Assembly: GCA_900538705.1 (NCBI GenBank) | Contig: UPZG01000005.1 | Coordinates: forward strand, 39,415-103,414 | DNA from: an uncultured Porphyromonadaceae bacterium | GTDB taxonomy: Bacteria > Bacteroidota > Bacteroidia > Bacteroidales > Barnesiellaceae_A | DNA length: 64,000 bases | Direction: 5' to 3' | Translations under genes and position numbers: made by a program | Notes under the pieces: generated by a model | Databases searched by the model: none | The model's input: only the letters and a program-made list of their open reading frames with translations | Told to the model about the DNA's origin: nothing | In this document: piece by piece, positions 19,981 through 30,876 of the stretch | Numbering within the stretch: the stretch's first letter is position 1 | How the letters are laid out: each line of letters starts with the position of its first letter

Positions 19981-22029
19981 TTACCATATTATAACACGCT
20001 CTTCGGGGGCCATATACATGGGGTCACCCTCCTTAATATCGAATGCCTTGAAGAAAGAATCGATATTACGCAATGCAGCATTTACACGCCAGCGTCCCAG
20101 CGAGTGCGGGTCGGTCTTGGTGCGGAGGCGAATCTCTTCATCGGTAATATTACCGGCCCACAACGTAGCATATGCAAGATAGAAACGTTGGTCGGCTGTA
20201 AACCCGTCGATAGGTGCAGGTTCTACGCCATTAAGCGAGTTGCGGAAGGCTGTATAAGCTACGCGCAAACCACCTTGGTCGGCAATATTCTCTCCAAGCG
20301 TAAAGTTACCGTTGGCATGTACAGTATCCACAACAATGATCTGGCTGTATTGAGCTGCCAATTTATCAGCACGCTCTATGAAACGCTTGGCATCGTCTTC
20401 AGTCCACCAATTTGTCATATTACCATTCTTGTCATACTGACGACCCTGATCGTCAAATCCGTGTGTCATTTCGTGTCCAATCACAACGCCAATGGCTCCA
20501 TAATTAACAGCATCATCGGCATCGGCATTGAAGAACGGCGGTTGTAGAATACCGGCCGGGAAACATATTTCGTTAGTAGTAGGATTATAGTAAGCATTGA
20601 CCGTTTGAGGTGTCATTAACCATTTGTCTTTGTCTACCGGTTTGCCTTCGTCGGCAAGTTGATAACGGTTTTCAAACTCACATGCACGCAATACATTTAC
20701 CAAATATGACTCCTCGGGATTAACTTCCAAGCCATCGTAATTGCGCCATTTATCGGGATAACCTATCTTTACATGGAAAGTAGCAAGTTTCTCCTGAGCT
20801 TTCATTTTAGTTGTATCACTCATCCACTCGAGCGAATCGATATGTTCAGAGAGTGCTTTTTGCAGATTGGCAACCAATGTCACCATACGCTCCTTCGACT
20901 CGGGTGAGAAGAATTTGGCAACATACATCTCACCAACGGCTTCTCCCAAGAAACCATTCGGTACATTAAGAGCACGTTTCCAACGAGCTTCTTGCTCTTG
21001 CTTGCCCGAAAGAGTACGTCCATAAAAATCGAAAGAAGCGTCTGCAAAGTCATCGCTCAACAAACCTGTCGCAGCATCGGCCATGTTGAATGTAAGATAG
21101 CAGCGGAAATCTTCGTCAGAGAGAGAACCCAACAATTCGTTGGCTACAGCCATAGCACGAGGTTGGCCTACGTTAACAGCCGCAACCGAGTCGAGACCGA
21201 GAGTAGCGAAATATGTATCCCAATCGAGATTTTTATAAGCAGCCTTTACCTCGTCAATAGTCATCTTGTTATAGTTTGCCTGCGGATTGCGCAGTTCATC
21301 GCGCGAGAAGGCGGCTTTTGCCAAAGCGGTCTCTATATTCATAACTGTCTCTACGGCTTTCGAAGCAGAAGCCTCATCATATCCGATGAGAGAGAAGAGA
21401 CGAGCAATATATTTTTTATAACTATCGCGGATGGCAAGAGTAGACTCGTCGTCGAGCAAATAATAGTCGCGATCGCCCATGTTCATACCGGCCTGGTACG
21501 TGCAGAATATATTCATGCTGCTATTCTTATCGTCGGCACCTACATAGGGAGCAAAGAAAGGAGCCGTATTGCGCAAATGCATCTTAGCCAATATGACAGC
21601 CTTCTGTTCAGGAGTCGTTACAGCCGCAATCTCGTCCAAATAGGGTTTCAATGGAGCCGCACCTTCTTTATTGAGGCGCACGCTGTCCAAGCCCAATTTG
21701 TAAAGGTCGCTTATTTTTTGTTCTACACTACCTTTTACAGCTTGAGTCTTGCCCATATCCTCAAACATAACGCGTAACCGCTCTTCGTTATCGTCAATGA
21801 GCTTGTCGAACGAACTGAAACGCGAACGCTCGGGCGTAAGAGGGTTCTTAACCATCCATCCGCCGCAAGCATACTGGTAAAAATCGTCACTTGCCAACAC
21901 GGTAGTATCAAGGTTGGTCAGGTCAATACCCGGCACTTTGCTACTATCAGTGGCCTTTGGTGTACATGCGCCTAAGGTTACAAGCGCAACAGCCATTGAA
22001 TAAAATTTCATTTTCGACATCATGTTCAT
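19981..22029 (-). CDS. M13 family metallopeptidase (PepO/neprilysin-like endopeptidase), probable lipoprotein
   Basis: 682 aa with the zinc motif VIGHEMTHGFD, NAYY, a downstream GENIAD and the lipobox-like LVTLGAC. Confidence 0.9.
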   Translation of the reverse strand: MNMMSKMKFYSMAVALVTLGACTPKATDSSKVPGIDLTNLDTTVLASDDFYQYACGGWMVKNPLTPERSRFSSFDKLIDDNEERLRVMFEDMGKTQAVKGSVEQKISDLYKLGLDSVRLNKEGAAPLKPYLDEIAAVTTPEQKAVILAKMHLRNTAPFFAPYVGADDKNSSMNIFCTYQAGMNMGDRDYYLLDDESTLAIRDSYKKYIARLFSLIGYDEASASKAVETVMNIETALAKAAFSRDELRNPQANYNKMTIDEVKAAYKNLDWDTYFATLGLDSVAAVNVGQPRAMAVANELLGSLSDEDFRCYLTFNMADAATGLLSDDFADASFDFYGRTLSGKQEQEARWKRALNVPNGFLGEAVGEMYVAKFFSPESKERMVTLVANLQKALSEHIDSLEWMSDTTKMKAQEKLATFHVKIGYPDKWRNYDGLEVNPEESYLVNVLRACEFENRYQLADEGKPVDKDKWLMTPQTVNAYYNPTTNEICFPAGILQPPFFNADADDAVNYGAIGVVIGHEMTHGFDDQGRQYDKNGNMTNWWTEDDAKRFIERADKLAAQYSQIIVVDTVHANGNFTLGENIADQGGLRVAYTAFRNSLNGVEPAPIDGFTADQRFYLAYATLWAGNITDEEIRLRTKTDPHSLGRWRVNAALRNIDSFFKAFDIKEGDPMYMAPEERVIIW

Positions 22030-22044
22030 GTGTTTTTTAAGTAA

Positions 22045-23988
22045 TTATAATTGCGTTTTCAACATTTCCAACTCTTCATTCTCTTTTTCCCACAACGTCA
22101 TCGCCTCATCGAGAGATTTTTTCAGGCGGCCGTGTTCTTCGTAGAGAGCTACATCGGCAGCACCTTCAGGCGTACCCAACTTGCGTTCTACCACATCTAT
22201 GGCATACTCTATTCCCTCTATCTCCTTTTCACGGTCGGCTACGGCACGTTCGAGTTTCTTTATTCGACGAGCCTGCTCCTTCCGCTCCTCATACGATATT
22301 TTAGAAGCAGTTTTCTCTATCGGAAGCTGCTTATCTGACATTTTACGGTCTGCAATCGGTTTCTCCAACTCTTGCAAAGAGTCTATTTTTTTCTTCTCCA
22401 AAAAGTCATAAATGCCACCCAGATGCTCTTTGACACGACCACCACCAAACTCATATACTTTCGATACCAACCCGTCGAGAAACTCGCGGTCGTGCGATAC
22501 TACTATGACAGTACCGTCAAAATCGGCGATAGCACTTTTCAGAATATCTTTGGTTGTCATATCGAGATGGTTGGTAGGCTCATCGAGGATAAGCAGATTG
22601 ACCGGCTCAAGCAGCAAGCGTATCATGGCCAAACGAGTTTTCTCACCGCCCGATAAAACACTCACCTTCTTTTCCGAAGCTTCTCCTCCAAACATAAACG
22701 CACCTAATATATCGCGTATCTTGGTACGTATATCACCCACTGCCACGCGGTCTATGGTATCAAACACCGTAAGAGAACCATCGAGCAACGATGCTTGGTT
22801 TTGGGCAAAATAGCCTATCTTTACATTATGTCCTATCTTTAGTGTACCTTCAAATGGAATTTCACCCATGATGCACTTTACCAACGTCGATTTACCCTCA
22901 CCGTTCTTACCCACAAAAGCTACTTTTTCGCCGCGTTTGATAGTAAACGTGGCATGCTCAAACACGGTATGGTCGCCATAACGCTTGGTTACATCGTCGG
23001 CAATAACGGGATAATCACCCGAACGTGGTGCTGGTGGAAAACGTAAATTGATGTGCGACGTGTCTATCTCGTCGACCTCAATACGCTCTATTTTTTCAAG
23101 TTGTTTGATACGCGATTGTACCTGCACAGCCTTGGTCGCTTTGTATCGAAACCGCTCTATAAACGCCTCGGTATCTTGTATCTGCTTTTGCTGGTTTTCG
23201 TAGGCACGTTGCTGCTGGGCAAGCCGCTCACGACGCAATTCCACATATTTCGAGTAATTGACCTGATAATCGTAGATACGTCCCATAGATATTTCGATGG
23301 TACGATTAGTCACATTATCTATAAAAGCACGGTCGTGCGAAACGAGCACAACAGTATTGGCTCTTGTGGCAAGGAAATTTTCGAGCCACTGTATAGACTC
23401 TATATCAAGGTGGTTGGTAGGCTCATCCAGCAAAAGCACATCGGGCCGCTGCAAAAGAAGTTTGGCTAACTCTACCCGCATACGCCATCCGCCGCTGAAC
23501 TCAGATGTAGGACGGTCAAAATCGCTCCTTAAAAAGCCCAAGCCCAAGAGAGTCCGTTCCAACTCGGCCTGATAGTTGGAGTTTTCCATCAGTGCATATT
23601 GCTCGGTAGCTGCCGACACACGCTCTATGAGCTCCTGATAATCTTCACTATCATAATCGGTACGCTCAGCCAGCTCTTCGTTCATGCGGTCAATACGCTT
23701 TTTCATCTCTATAACGTGAGCAAATGCCTGTTCGGCCTCTTGCCTTACGGTGCGTACATCACTAAGCTGCATTTGCTGAGGCAAATAACCTATCGTGAGG
23801 TCGCGCGGACGATTAACAACGCCCGACGATGGAGCCTGCAACCCTGCAATAATCTTAAGCATGGTAGACTTTCCGGCACCATTTTTACCTACCAACGCAA
23901 TACGGTCTCGCTTATTGATGACGTACGTAATGTCATCGAAAAGCGGATTACCACCAAACTCAACCGAAAGTTTTTCTATCGAAATCAT
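22045..23988 (-). CDS. ABC-F family ATPase (two ABC domains, no TM domain, C-terminal coiled coil)
   Basis: Walker A motifs GKNGAGKST and GKNGEGKST, signatures LSGGWRMR and LSGGEKTR, and an inter-domain linker. Confidence 0.9.
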   Translation of the reverse strand: MISIEKLSVEFGGNPLFDDITYVINKRDRIALVGKNGAGKSTMLKIIAGLQAPSSGVVNRPRDLTIGYLPQQMQLSDVRTVRQEAEQAFAHVIEMKKRIDRMNEELAERTDYDSEDYQELIERVSAATEQYALMENSNYQAELERTLLGLGFLRSDFDRPTSEFSGGWRMRVELAKLLLQRPDVLLLDEPTNHLDIESIQWLENFLATRANTVVLVSHDRAFIDNVTNRTIEISMGRIYDYQVNYSKYVELRRERLAQQQRAYENQQKQIQDTEAFIERFRYKATKAVQVQSRIKQLEKIERIEVDEIDTSHINLRFPPAPRSGDYPVIADDVTKRYGDHTVFEHATFTIKRGEKVAFVGKNGEGKSTLVKCIMGEIPFEGTLKIGHNVKIGYFAQNQASLLDGSLTVFDTIDRVAVGDIRTKIRDILGAFMFGGEASEKKVSVLSGGEKTRLAMIRLLLEPVNLLILDEPTNHLDMTTKDILKSAIADFDGTVIVVSHDREFLDGLVSKVYEFGGGRVKEHLGGIYDFLEKKKIDSLQELEKPIADRKMSDKQLPIEKTASKISYEERKEQARRIKKLERAVADREKEIEGIEYAIDVVERKLGTPEGAADVALYEEHGRLKKSLDEAMTLWEKENEELEMLKTQL

Positions 23989-24001
23989 TATTCAAATACT
24001 A

Positions 24002-25348
24002 TTACGATGCAGCCGATGCTTCATTTTGCGCACTTCCCGAAGCGTTACGTTGGGATGATCGTCTGTGAGAAAACCGACGTTTACCGGCCTCAGTTCCGGC
24101 CGATTTTTCAGCATGCCGAGCCGTAGCATCAGTCGAGACATGCCGACGTCGAGGCATTCTGCGACGGCCTCCATGAGGTTTTTTCTTATAGTCACATGGT
24201 TGATATACGGGAGCCTCTCCAAGTGATGCAGGCAGTGTCTCTTTCTCTATTTCATAACCAAGGAATTTCTCTATCCGAGCAAACTTTTCCTGTTCCTTTT
24301 CCGATACAAAAGTTATGGCGCTGCCCTGGGCATTGGCTCGAGCTGTACGACCTATACGATGTATATAGTCTTCGGGATCGTGAGGTACATCATAGTTTAT
24401 CACCAATTCTATTTGGTCTATATCTATACCACGGGCCACAATATCGGTAGCCACCAGAATATCTATTTTACCGTTTTTGAAATCAAGCATTACCCGGTCG
24501 CGGTCTTCCTGCAACAAATCGGAATGCATGGCGGCGACTTTAAATTTCTTCCGCTTCAATGTAAATGCCACCTCCTTACACTTCATCTTAGACGAAGCAA
24601 ATACTATCGTTTTACCCGCTATAGGGTTAGCAAAGATATGCTCTATAATGCCTATTTTTTGTGTCTCATAACAGATGTAGACACTTTGGTGTATGGCATC
24701 GTTGGGTTTCGACACAGCCACACTCACTTCCACCGGGTCATGGAGTATGTTTTTGGCCAATTGCCTGATTTTTGGAGGCATTGTGGCTGAGAACATCAAC
24801 GTCTGACGCAGCTTCGGCAGGTATGAACATATGTCCATTATATCATCATAAAAGCCCATATCGAGCATACGGTCGGCCTCATCGAGAATAAAATATTCTA
24901 CACCCGATAAATCAATATTACTTATCTTCAAATGCGATATAAGTCGACCGGGAGTAGCTATCACAACATCGGCGCCCAATTTGAGTCCTCGTTTCTGTTG
25001 CTCCCACGAGGCTCCATCACCACCTCCCGATACGGCCACAGTAGAGATAGGTGCAAAATACGAAAAGCCTTCAAATTGTAAATCTATCTGTTGTGCTAGC
25101 TCTCGAGTAGGTGTTACGATAATGGCGCGAACCTTATTATTGCCCGAACCGCTCAGTAACAGGCGATTCATCAACGGCAAAATAAATGCGGCCGTTTTAC
25201 CTGTTCCTGTTTGGGCACATGCAATCATATCTTTCCCATCCATAATCACGGGAATAGCCTTCTCTTGCACCGGAGTTGCTTCTCGGAAGTTCATTGCATC
25301 GAGACCTTCCATAATCTCCTCTTCGAACCCAAATTCATCAAATGTCAT
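24002..25348 (-). CDS. DEAD-box ATP-dependent RNA helicase (RhlE-like) with a basic C-terminal tail
   Basis: Motifs AQTGTGKT, PTRELA, DEAD, SAT and HRIGRTAR. The ORF-track start at 25375 is TTG inside the -7 box, so I used the ATG at 25348 (MTFDEFGF). Confidence 0.9.
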   Translation of the reverse strand: MTFDEFGFEEEIMEGLDAMNFREATPVQEKAIPVIMDGKDMIACAQTGTGKTAAFILPLMNRLLLSGSGNNKVRAIIVTPTRELAQQIDLQFEGFSYFAPISTVAVSGGGDGASWEQQKRGLKLGADVVIATPGRLISHLKISNIDLSGVEYFILDEADRMLDMGFYDDIMDICSYLPKLRQTLMFSATMPPKIRQLAKNILHDPVEVSVAVSKPNDAIHQSVYICYETQKIGIIEHIFANPIAGKTIVFASSKMKCKEVAFTLKRKKFKVAAMHSDLLQEDRDRVMLDFKNGKIDILVATDIVARGIDIDQIELVINYDVPHDPEDYIHRIGRTARANAQGSAITFVSEKEQEKFARIEKFLGYEIEKETLPASLGEAPVYQPCDYKKKPHGGRRRMPRRRHVSTDATARHAEKSAGTEAGKRRFSHRRSSQRNASGSAQNEASAAS

Positions 25349-25372
25349 AGACTTTTTTACTCTTTTACCGTA

Positions 25373-25380
25373 CAAAGGTA
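25373..25380 (-). promoter_or_regulatory. -7 promoter box TACCTTTG for the DEAD-box helicase / ABC-F / M13 gene string
   Basis: Minus-strand TAnnTTTG match 24 nt upstream of the ATG at 25348. Confidence 0.5.
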
Positions 25381-25689
25381 ATAATTTTTCTTATGTAGCC
25401 TCAAGCTGCAACCTCCATACAAACAAATAGAAAGATAAAAAATTGGCAAAATATTTTATATGAGGGAACAAAACAAGCACCTCATTACCTATTATATTGT
25501 AACTTAATGATTACAGCATACCACATACGAGGAAATGCTGCCACGTTAAGTGGCGTTAAGCTGCCAACTTTCTTATTAAAAGAGCTTAAATAAAAGTCAA
25601 TGGCGATACAACCCAAAGATTTATGTGTTAATTTTAGCATGTGAAAATATTAAAACAAACATGTATTTAACACTTTAATCATTATAATC

Positions 25690-27174
25690 ATGAACAGAAC
25701 AAAGCAAATACTATTCACATCGGCTATAGTAGTGGGAACATGCTTTGCCACAGCATCTATTATGTACCATTACATGAAAAAGTATGATGAAAGCATCAAT
25801 AACGAAGCATTTGAAAACAACTATGCCATGCCGACAGGTTATGTCCCGGTATCGCAACGAGCCATAGAAACAGACTTCACCCAAGCAGCCGAGAACACGG
25901 TAAATGCTGTTGTAAGCATACGTACACTTTCTACACCAACACAATCAAGCAGCCGCTACAATGACCCGTTCTTAGAATTTTTCTTCGGACCGGGACGTAT
26001 ACAACCCCAGCCACAACCCCGTGGAGGATTAGGCTCTGGCGTTATCATTTCGCCCGACGGCTATATTGTGACCAACAACCACGTTATACGCGATGCAGAT
26101 AAAATAGAAGTAACCCTCAATGACAACCGCTCATTCAACGGTCGCATTATTGGTTCCGATGCCAATACCGACCTCGCTTTGGTAAAAATAGAAGCAACAG
26201 ACCTTCCTGTCGTACAATTCGGCAACTCAGACGAGCTGAAAGTTGGCGAATGGGTACTGGCTGTAGGCAATCCCTTTGGACTTACCTCAACCGTAACAGC
26301 AGGTATCGTGAGTGCCAAGGCTCGTCGCATCAGCGATAATGTCACCAATCAAATGGGTATAGAATCATTCATACAGACCGATGCAGCTGTCAATCCTGGC
26401 AACAGTGGCGGCGCATTGGTTAATACGGCCGGCGAATTGGTAGGTATAAACACAGCCATTTTTTCCGAAACCGGCAACTATGCCGGATACTCATTTGCCA
26501 TACCATCGAGTATAGTTAGCAAGGTAATCGCCGACTTACGTCAATACGGTACTGTACAACGTGCTGTAATGGGTATAGGATTCCAAGAGATCACTTCGTC
26601 GCTGGCCGAAGAAAAAGGTATTGACATCGTAGAAGGTGTGTATGTTGGTGAAGTTCACGACCTGAGCGCAGCCATGGAGGCCGGAATAGAAATAGGTGAT
26701 GTCATCACAGCCATCAATGGTGTAAAAATCAAAAATGGAGCAGCTTTGCAAGAACAGATAAGCCGCTACCGTCCTGGTGACAAAATAAAAGTTACCATAA
26801 AGCGTAACAATAAGGAAATAGAAAAGAGCCTTACACTCAAAAACAGCCAAGGCAACACCGAAATGAAAAAAGCTGTCGACTTCGGCTCATTGGGCACGAG
26901 TTTCAAAGACCTTACACGCCAGCAAATGCAAGAAATGAATGTACGCAGTGGCGTACAAGTAGTTGGACTGAAAAACGGCAAATTCAAAGATGCCGGCATA
27001 CGCGAAGGCTTTGTAATACTCGAAGTCAACGGACAAAACATACGCTCGGTAAGCGATATGGAGACTATATTCGATAGTATCGTACGCTCTAACCAGCTAC
27101 GCAAAGTGATGTTTATCACAGGCATTTACCCCACAGGCAAAATCATGTATTATGCCGTAGACTTATCGGACTAA
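25690..27174 (+). CDS. Do/HtrA family periplasmic serine protease with two PDZ domains
   Basis: 494 aa. The catalytic triad context is TNNHVI, DLALVKI and GNSGGAL, with two PDZ-like segments at the C-terminus. Confidence 0.92.
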   Translation: MNRTKQILFTSAIVVGTCFATASIMYHYMKKYDESINNEAFENNYAMPTGYVPVSQRAIETDFTQAAENTVNAVVSIRTLSTPTQSSSRYNDPFLEFFFGPGRIQPQPQPRGGLGSGVIISPDGYIVTNNHVIRDADKIEVTLNDNRSFNGRIIGSDANTDLALVKIEATDLPVVQFGNSDELKVGEWVLAVGNPFGLTSTVTAGIVSAKARRISDNVTNQMGIESFIQTDAAVNPGNSGGALVNTAGELVGINTAIFSETGNYAGYSFAIPSSIVSKVIADLRQYGTVQRAVMGIGFQEITSSLAEEKGIDIVEGVYVGEVHDLSAAMEAGIEIGDVITAINGVKIKNGAALQEQISRYRPGDKIKVTIKRNNKEIEKSLTLKNSQGNTEMKKAVDFGSLGTSFKDLTRQQMQEMNVRSGVQVVGLKNGKFKDAGIREGFVILEVNGQNIRSVSDMETIFDSIVRSNQLRKVMFITGIYPTGKIMYYAVDLSD

Positions 27175-27413
27175 AAACTGAGTACCATCAACCTTGATAC
27201 TATCTGCCGGGCAGGTATAAACTTCCCGGCAGTGAAAACGTCATAAAAAAGCCCATATAAGGCAAAAATGCGAACAGCGGCACACTATTTGCGGTTAAGA
27301 TACAAAGGGAACTCAGATGCACAAAAAGATGACATAATGTCATAAGAAGCCAAAAGTTCACCCGAAGGCTTGTATTTAACAATGTTTTACATGCAAGCCA
27401 TAAGATAAAATCG

Positions 27414-27421
27414 TATATTTG
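27414..27421 (+). promoter_or_regulatory. -7 promoter box TATATTTG for rpoD
   Basis: TAnnTTTG match 20 nt upstream of the ATG at 27442. Confidence 0.5.
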
Positions 27422-27441
27422 CAGTTCACATCAAATAGAAG

Positions 27442-28302
27442 ATGAGACAACTAAAAATTACCAAATCAATTACCAATCGCGAGAGCGCCTCTCTTGACAA
27501 GTATTTGCAAGAAATAGGACGTGAAGACCTCATTACCGTCGAAGAGGAAGTAGAGCTCGCTCAACGCATCAAACAAGGCGACCGTGCAGCATTGGAAAAA
27601 TTGACCCGCGCCAATTTACGTTTCGTCGTATCAGTAGCCAAACAGTATCAAAACCAAGGATTAAGCCTTCCTGATCTTATCAATGAAGGTAATCTTGGCT
27701 TGATAAAAGCTGCCGAAAAATTTGACGAAACTCGTGGTTTCAAGTTTATCTCCTACGCCGTATGGTGGATACGTCAGTCTATTCTGCAAGCCATTGCCGA
27801 ACAGTCGCGTATCGTAAGATTGCCCTTAAATCAAGTAGGGTCGCTTAACAAAATAAGCAAAGCCCTCTCGAAGTTTGAGCAAGAAAACGAGCGTAAACCT
27901 TCACCCGAAGAGCTCGCCGAAGAGTTGGACATTCCGGTAGACAAAATTTCAGACACACTGAAAGTATCGGGACGACACATATCGGTAGATGCTCCTTTTG
28001 TAGAAGGTGAAGACAACAGCCTGCTTGACGTGCTGGTGAATGACGACTCTCCTATTGCCGACCGCTCGTTGATAGATGAGTCGCTCTCAAAAGAAATCGA
28101 CCGCGCGTTGCAACTGTTGCAACCTCGCGAAAGAGAGATTGTAAAAATGGTCTTCGGTATAGGTTGTCAAGAGATGACTCTCGAAGAGATTGGCGACAAG
28201 TTCGGTCTGACACGCGAACGTGTACGCCAAATTAAAGAAAAAGCTATCAGGCATTTAAGACAAAAGGCTCAAAGCCAGTTATTAAGATCGTATTTAGGAT
28301 AA
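27442..28302 (+). CDS. rpoD: primary RNA polymerase sigma factor (short Bacteroidetes sigma-A type)
   Basis: 286 aa. Conserved segments include [20 protein letters not shown], region 2 [32 protein letters not shown] and region 4 [25 protein letters not shown]. Confidence 0.95.
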   Translation: MRQLKITKSITNRESASLDKYLQEIGREDLITVEEEVELAQRIKQGDRAALEKLTRANLRFVVSVAKQYQNQGLSLPDLINEGNLGLIKAAEKFDETRGFKFISYAVWWIRQSILQAIAEQSRIVRLPLNQVGSLNKISKALSKFEQENERKPSPEELAEELDIPVDKISDTLKVSGRHISVDAPFVEGEDNSLLDVLVNDDSPIADRSLIDESLSKEIDRALQLLQPREREIVKMVFGIGCQEMTLEEIGDKFGLTRERVRQIKEKAIRHLRQKAQSQLLRSYLG

Positions 28303-28321
28303 TAAGCCTGGGAAAAAGTAC

Positions 28322-28356
28322 GGGGCTGTCTTCTTAAGGAAGGCAGCCCCTTTTTC
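28322..28356 (+). terminator. rho-independent terminator after rpoD
   Basis: GGGGCTGTCTTC (28322-28333) pairs with GAAGGCAGCCCC (28339-28350), with one G-U pair, and is followed by TTTTT. Confidence 0.75.
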
Positions 28357-28426
28357 TTTCATGATAAGAAGCTCTCTATAGTGACCAATATGCCCCCAAT
28401 TATTATTAGCATCAATATATAACGCA

Positions 28427-28470
28427 AAGGAACCGCCATCTTACGTTTGTAGAAGATTGGCGGTTCCTTT
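28427..28470. terminator. hairpin between convergent rpoD and the M6 protease gene, a possible terminator for the M6 gene
   Basis: 13-bp inverted repeat AAAGGAACCGCCA (28427-28439) and TGGCGGTTCCTTT (28458-28470) with an 18-nt loop. There is no clean T-run on the minus strand. Confidence 0.35.
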
Positions 28471-28532
28471 TATAATTACTTGGTTGTAGATATTGGGAAT
28501 ATAATGTTTTATGATTTACATCGTTACCTATA

Positions 28533-30611
28533 TCATCTGACTATCAACTTGTATGAGGTTTCTCCACACACAACAATATACAAGCCTGTCAGTCGAGGAC
28601 GATACGTTGTGTATCTATCTACATTTACAACTGCCTCAAGCATACCTTGTGCATTATAAATCAGTGCATCGTACGGTTTATCACTTTCTATAACAATGCC
28701 ATCACCTGTTACATAGGCTCTGACATCAGATACCTGCATACTCGATACGGCTCCCAAACCTGGAATTTCTACCTCTATTTCATTTGAATAGGAACTCTCA
28801 TACTCTCCGTTGACGGCTTTCACTTTATAATAATATGTACCAGCCATGAGTCCCGTCAACGTATATCGCGTAGACGTAATATACTTATACTCTTGCTCGA
28901 AATTATCACTTTGAAGATGTAATGTATAACTCGAAGCTCCCGACACCGGCGACCAATAGGCTGTAAACCCTTCATTATTAATACCACCGGCAGATGTGGC
29001 CACAGGTGCAGCCAACGTCGTATTAGGAGCCCCTCCCATAAAGTCAAAAGTAACGACACCATTCTCGGCATCATACGTTATATTCTCTACCGGCTTATCA
29101 TCGATAGTCGTATTGTATATCTTCATTGCCGGTGTAGATGTCGACGTGAAAACATTATTGCCTGCATAAGGATACAAATCGCCCTCAAGACTTCTGCTGC
29201 TGAGAGAATTATCGGCAGGAACAATTTGTATACGTGGACGGCGGCTGTTGACATTGACCGTATTATTATTCCACGCAGTAGCATCGTAATCTATTTTTAC
29301 AATCATCATACCTTCCGATGGTAACCCCACGTCCCAACCTTGCTGCAAACGAGTCTCGAACGTAAAATATTGCTTATCATTAGCCTTCACCTGATAGGCC
29401 TTCTCGTTATCTCCGATGTAAGGCAATACGACAGATGACGGTGTTGTAAGCTCTTCTATATCGAGCCAGCCACAATAAGCACGTTCGTAGGCCGAATATC
29501 CTACCGGGGTACGCCCATCCTCAGCATAGCATCCATAGTCCATGATGCTCCATATGTCCATGCCAAAATTGTAGCTTTGGGTATCGTATATATCGGGCAA
29601 ACCTAATGTGTGGCTATACTCATGGCAGAAAGAGCCTATACCATCGAGAGAGCTACCCGATGTACCACTCAGCTCCGACGAGCAGGCATACATATCGAGC
29701 CGCACACCATCAACCGACACCGAACGTCCGGCTCCTTGATAAACATACCACATATGAGGCCATACAGTCCATGCCGGAGCACCACTACTCTCGGAATAAC
29801 CCGCATATATTACATAAACGAGGTCAACCCATCCATCACCATCGAGGTCATAATCCGACATATTACACAAGCCCTGTGCCGACGCTTTTTGACAGGCCTC
29901 TATAATAAGTTCTTCGGGGCGTAAATCGTTACCACTACGGTCATTGCCCCCATAGTACGATGCATCATTGTCGAGCGTGACAGGACCTACCACATCGAAA
30001 TTAGGCTGGAATTTTCCATAACTCTGCGCCATAAAATAGTCACGAGCCGAACCGTAAGCCCCCATATAATTATTACCGGGCTCATTCATGAGATTGTCTA
30101 TCGCCTCTCGTGTACTGGTCGGTTTAAATTTTACATCCTGATATTCCGCAAGAATTATGATACCCCGTACCTCATTTACATCGGTAGCCGAGTTTTGAGC
30201 TATACGACGCATAGGAGCTTTTCGTACCGTTATCTGCTTATCTTTTTGTTCACGAGCTGCAAGATACAGGTTTTGCAAACGCTCCTGTACAACAGCATCG
30301 CTAATGCGGGGCAAAGATGCATCAACAGATGTATCGTCATCAGAAGCTACATACTCTGTAGCCACAAGTGCATTATCGCCGTCCCAACGAGCATACCTAT
30401 AATATCCATCGGCACACTCTACTACAAATGCGCCCTGCGACGTAGTCATATAATGTAAATGCTCGTCGCCTTGCAAACGTACCGATACAGTAGTACCATC
30501 GGGCTGTACAAGCTGAATAATGCCGGGTTGCGCCGGCTTAGCTCCAAGAGGTGCCGTGCATACCGCATAAATGGAGGCAGCGGCAAGAAACAATTTGATT
30601 CTCATTCTCAT
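28533..30611 (-). CDS. M6 (immune inhibitor A-like) family metalloprotease with an Fn3-like domain and a T9SS C-terminal sorting domain
   Basis: 692 aa with the signal peptide MRMRIKLFLAAASIYAVCTAPLGA and the zinc motif FCHEYSHTLGLPDIYD. The C-terminal ~70 aa (...GIVIESDKPYDALIYNAQGMLEAVVNVDRYTTYRPRLTGLYIVVCGETSYKLIVR) are CTD-like. Confidence 0.82.
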   Translation of the reverse strand: MRMRIKLFLAAASIYAVCTAPLGAKPAQPGIIQLVQPDGTTVSVRLQGDEHLHYMTTSQGAFVVECADGYYRYARWDGDNALVATEYVASDDDTSVDASLPRISDAVVQERLQNLYLAAREQKDKQITVRKAPMRRIAQNSATDVNEVRGIIILAEYQDVKFKPTSTREAIDNLMNEPGNNYMGAYGSARDYFMAQSYGKFQPNFDVVGPVTLDNDASYYGGNDRSGNDLRPEELIIEACQKASAQGLCNMSDYDLDGDGWVDLVYVIYAGYSESSGAPAWTVWPHMWYVYQGAGRSVSVDGVRLDMYACSSELSGTSGSSLDGIGSFCHEYSHTLGLPDIYDTQSYNFGMDIWSIMDYGCYAEDGRTPVGYSAYERAYCGWLDIEELTTPSSVVLPYIGDNEKAYQVKANDKQYFTFETRLQQGWDVGLPSEGMMIVKIDYDATAWNNNTVNVNSRRPRIQIVPADNSLSSRSLEGDLYPYAGNNVFTSTSTPAMKIYNTTIDDKPVENITYDAENGVVTFDFMGGAPNTTLAAPVATSAGGINNEGFTAYWSPVSGASSYTLHLQSDNFEQEYKYITSTRYTLTGLMAGTYYYKVKAVNGEYESSYSNEIEVEIPGLGAVSSMQVSDVRAYVTGDGIVIESDKPYDALIYNAQGMLEAVVNVDRYTTYRPRLTGLYIVVCGETSYKLIVR

Positions 30612-30876
30612 ACCTGTCTTATTTATAATGTTATTACGGATTTATTTATACTTATACAATTTAGATTATGACAGTATCCCCCACCTGCATTGTGCCAAAG
30701 CATCGTCGTTCTGACAAAATGCATATATTCAGCGGAAGATTTTTCAAGACAGCATAAAATGTGCGATATTACCATCGCACCCATACATAGTATTAGGCGG
30801 TTTCTGAATAAATATGAATACAAATGAAGATAGTGGCTGCCATGCGTTTTATATCCACGTCGCAACCATAGACAAA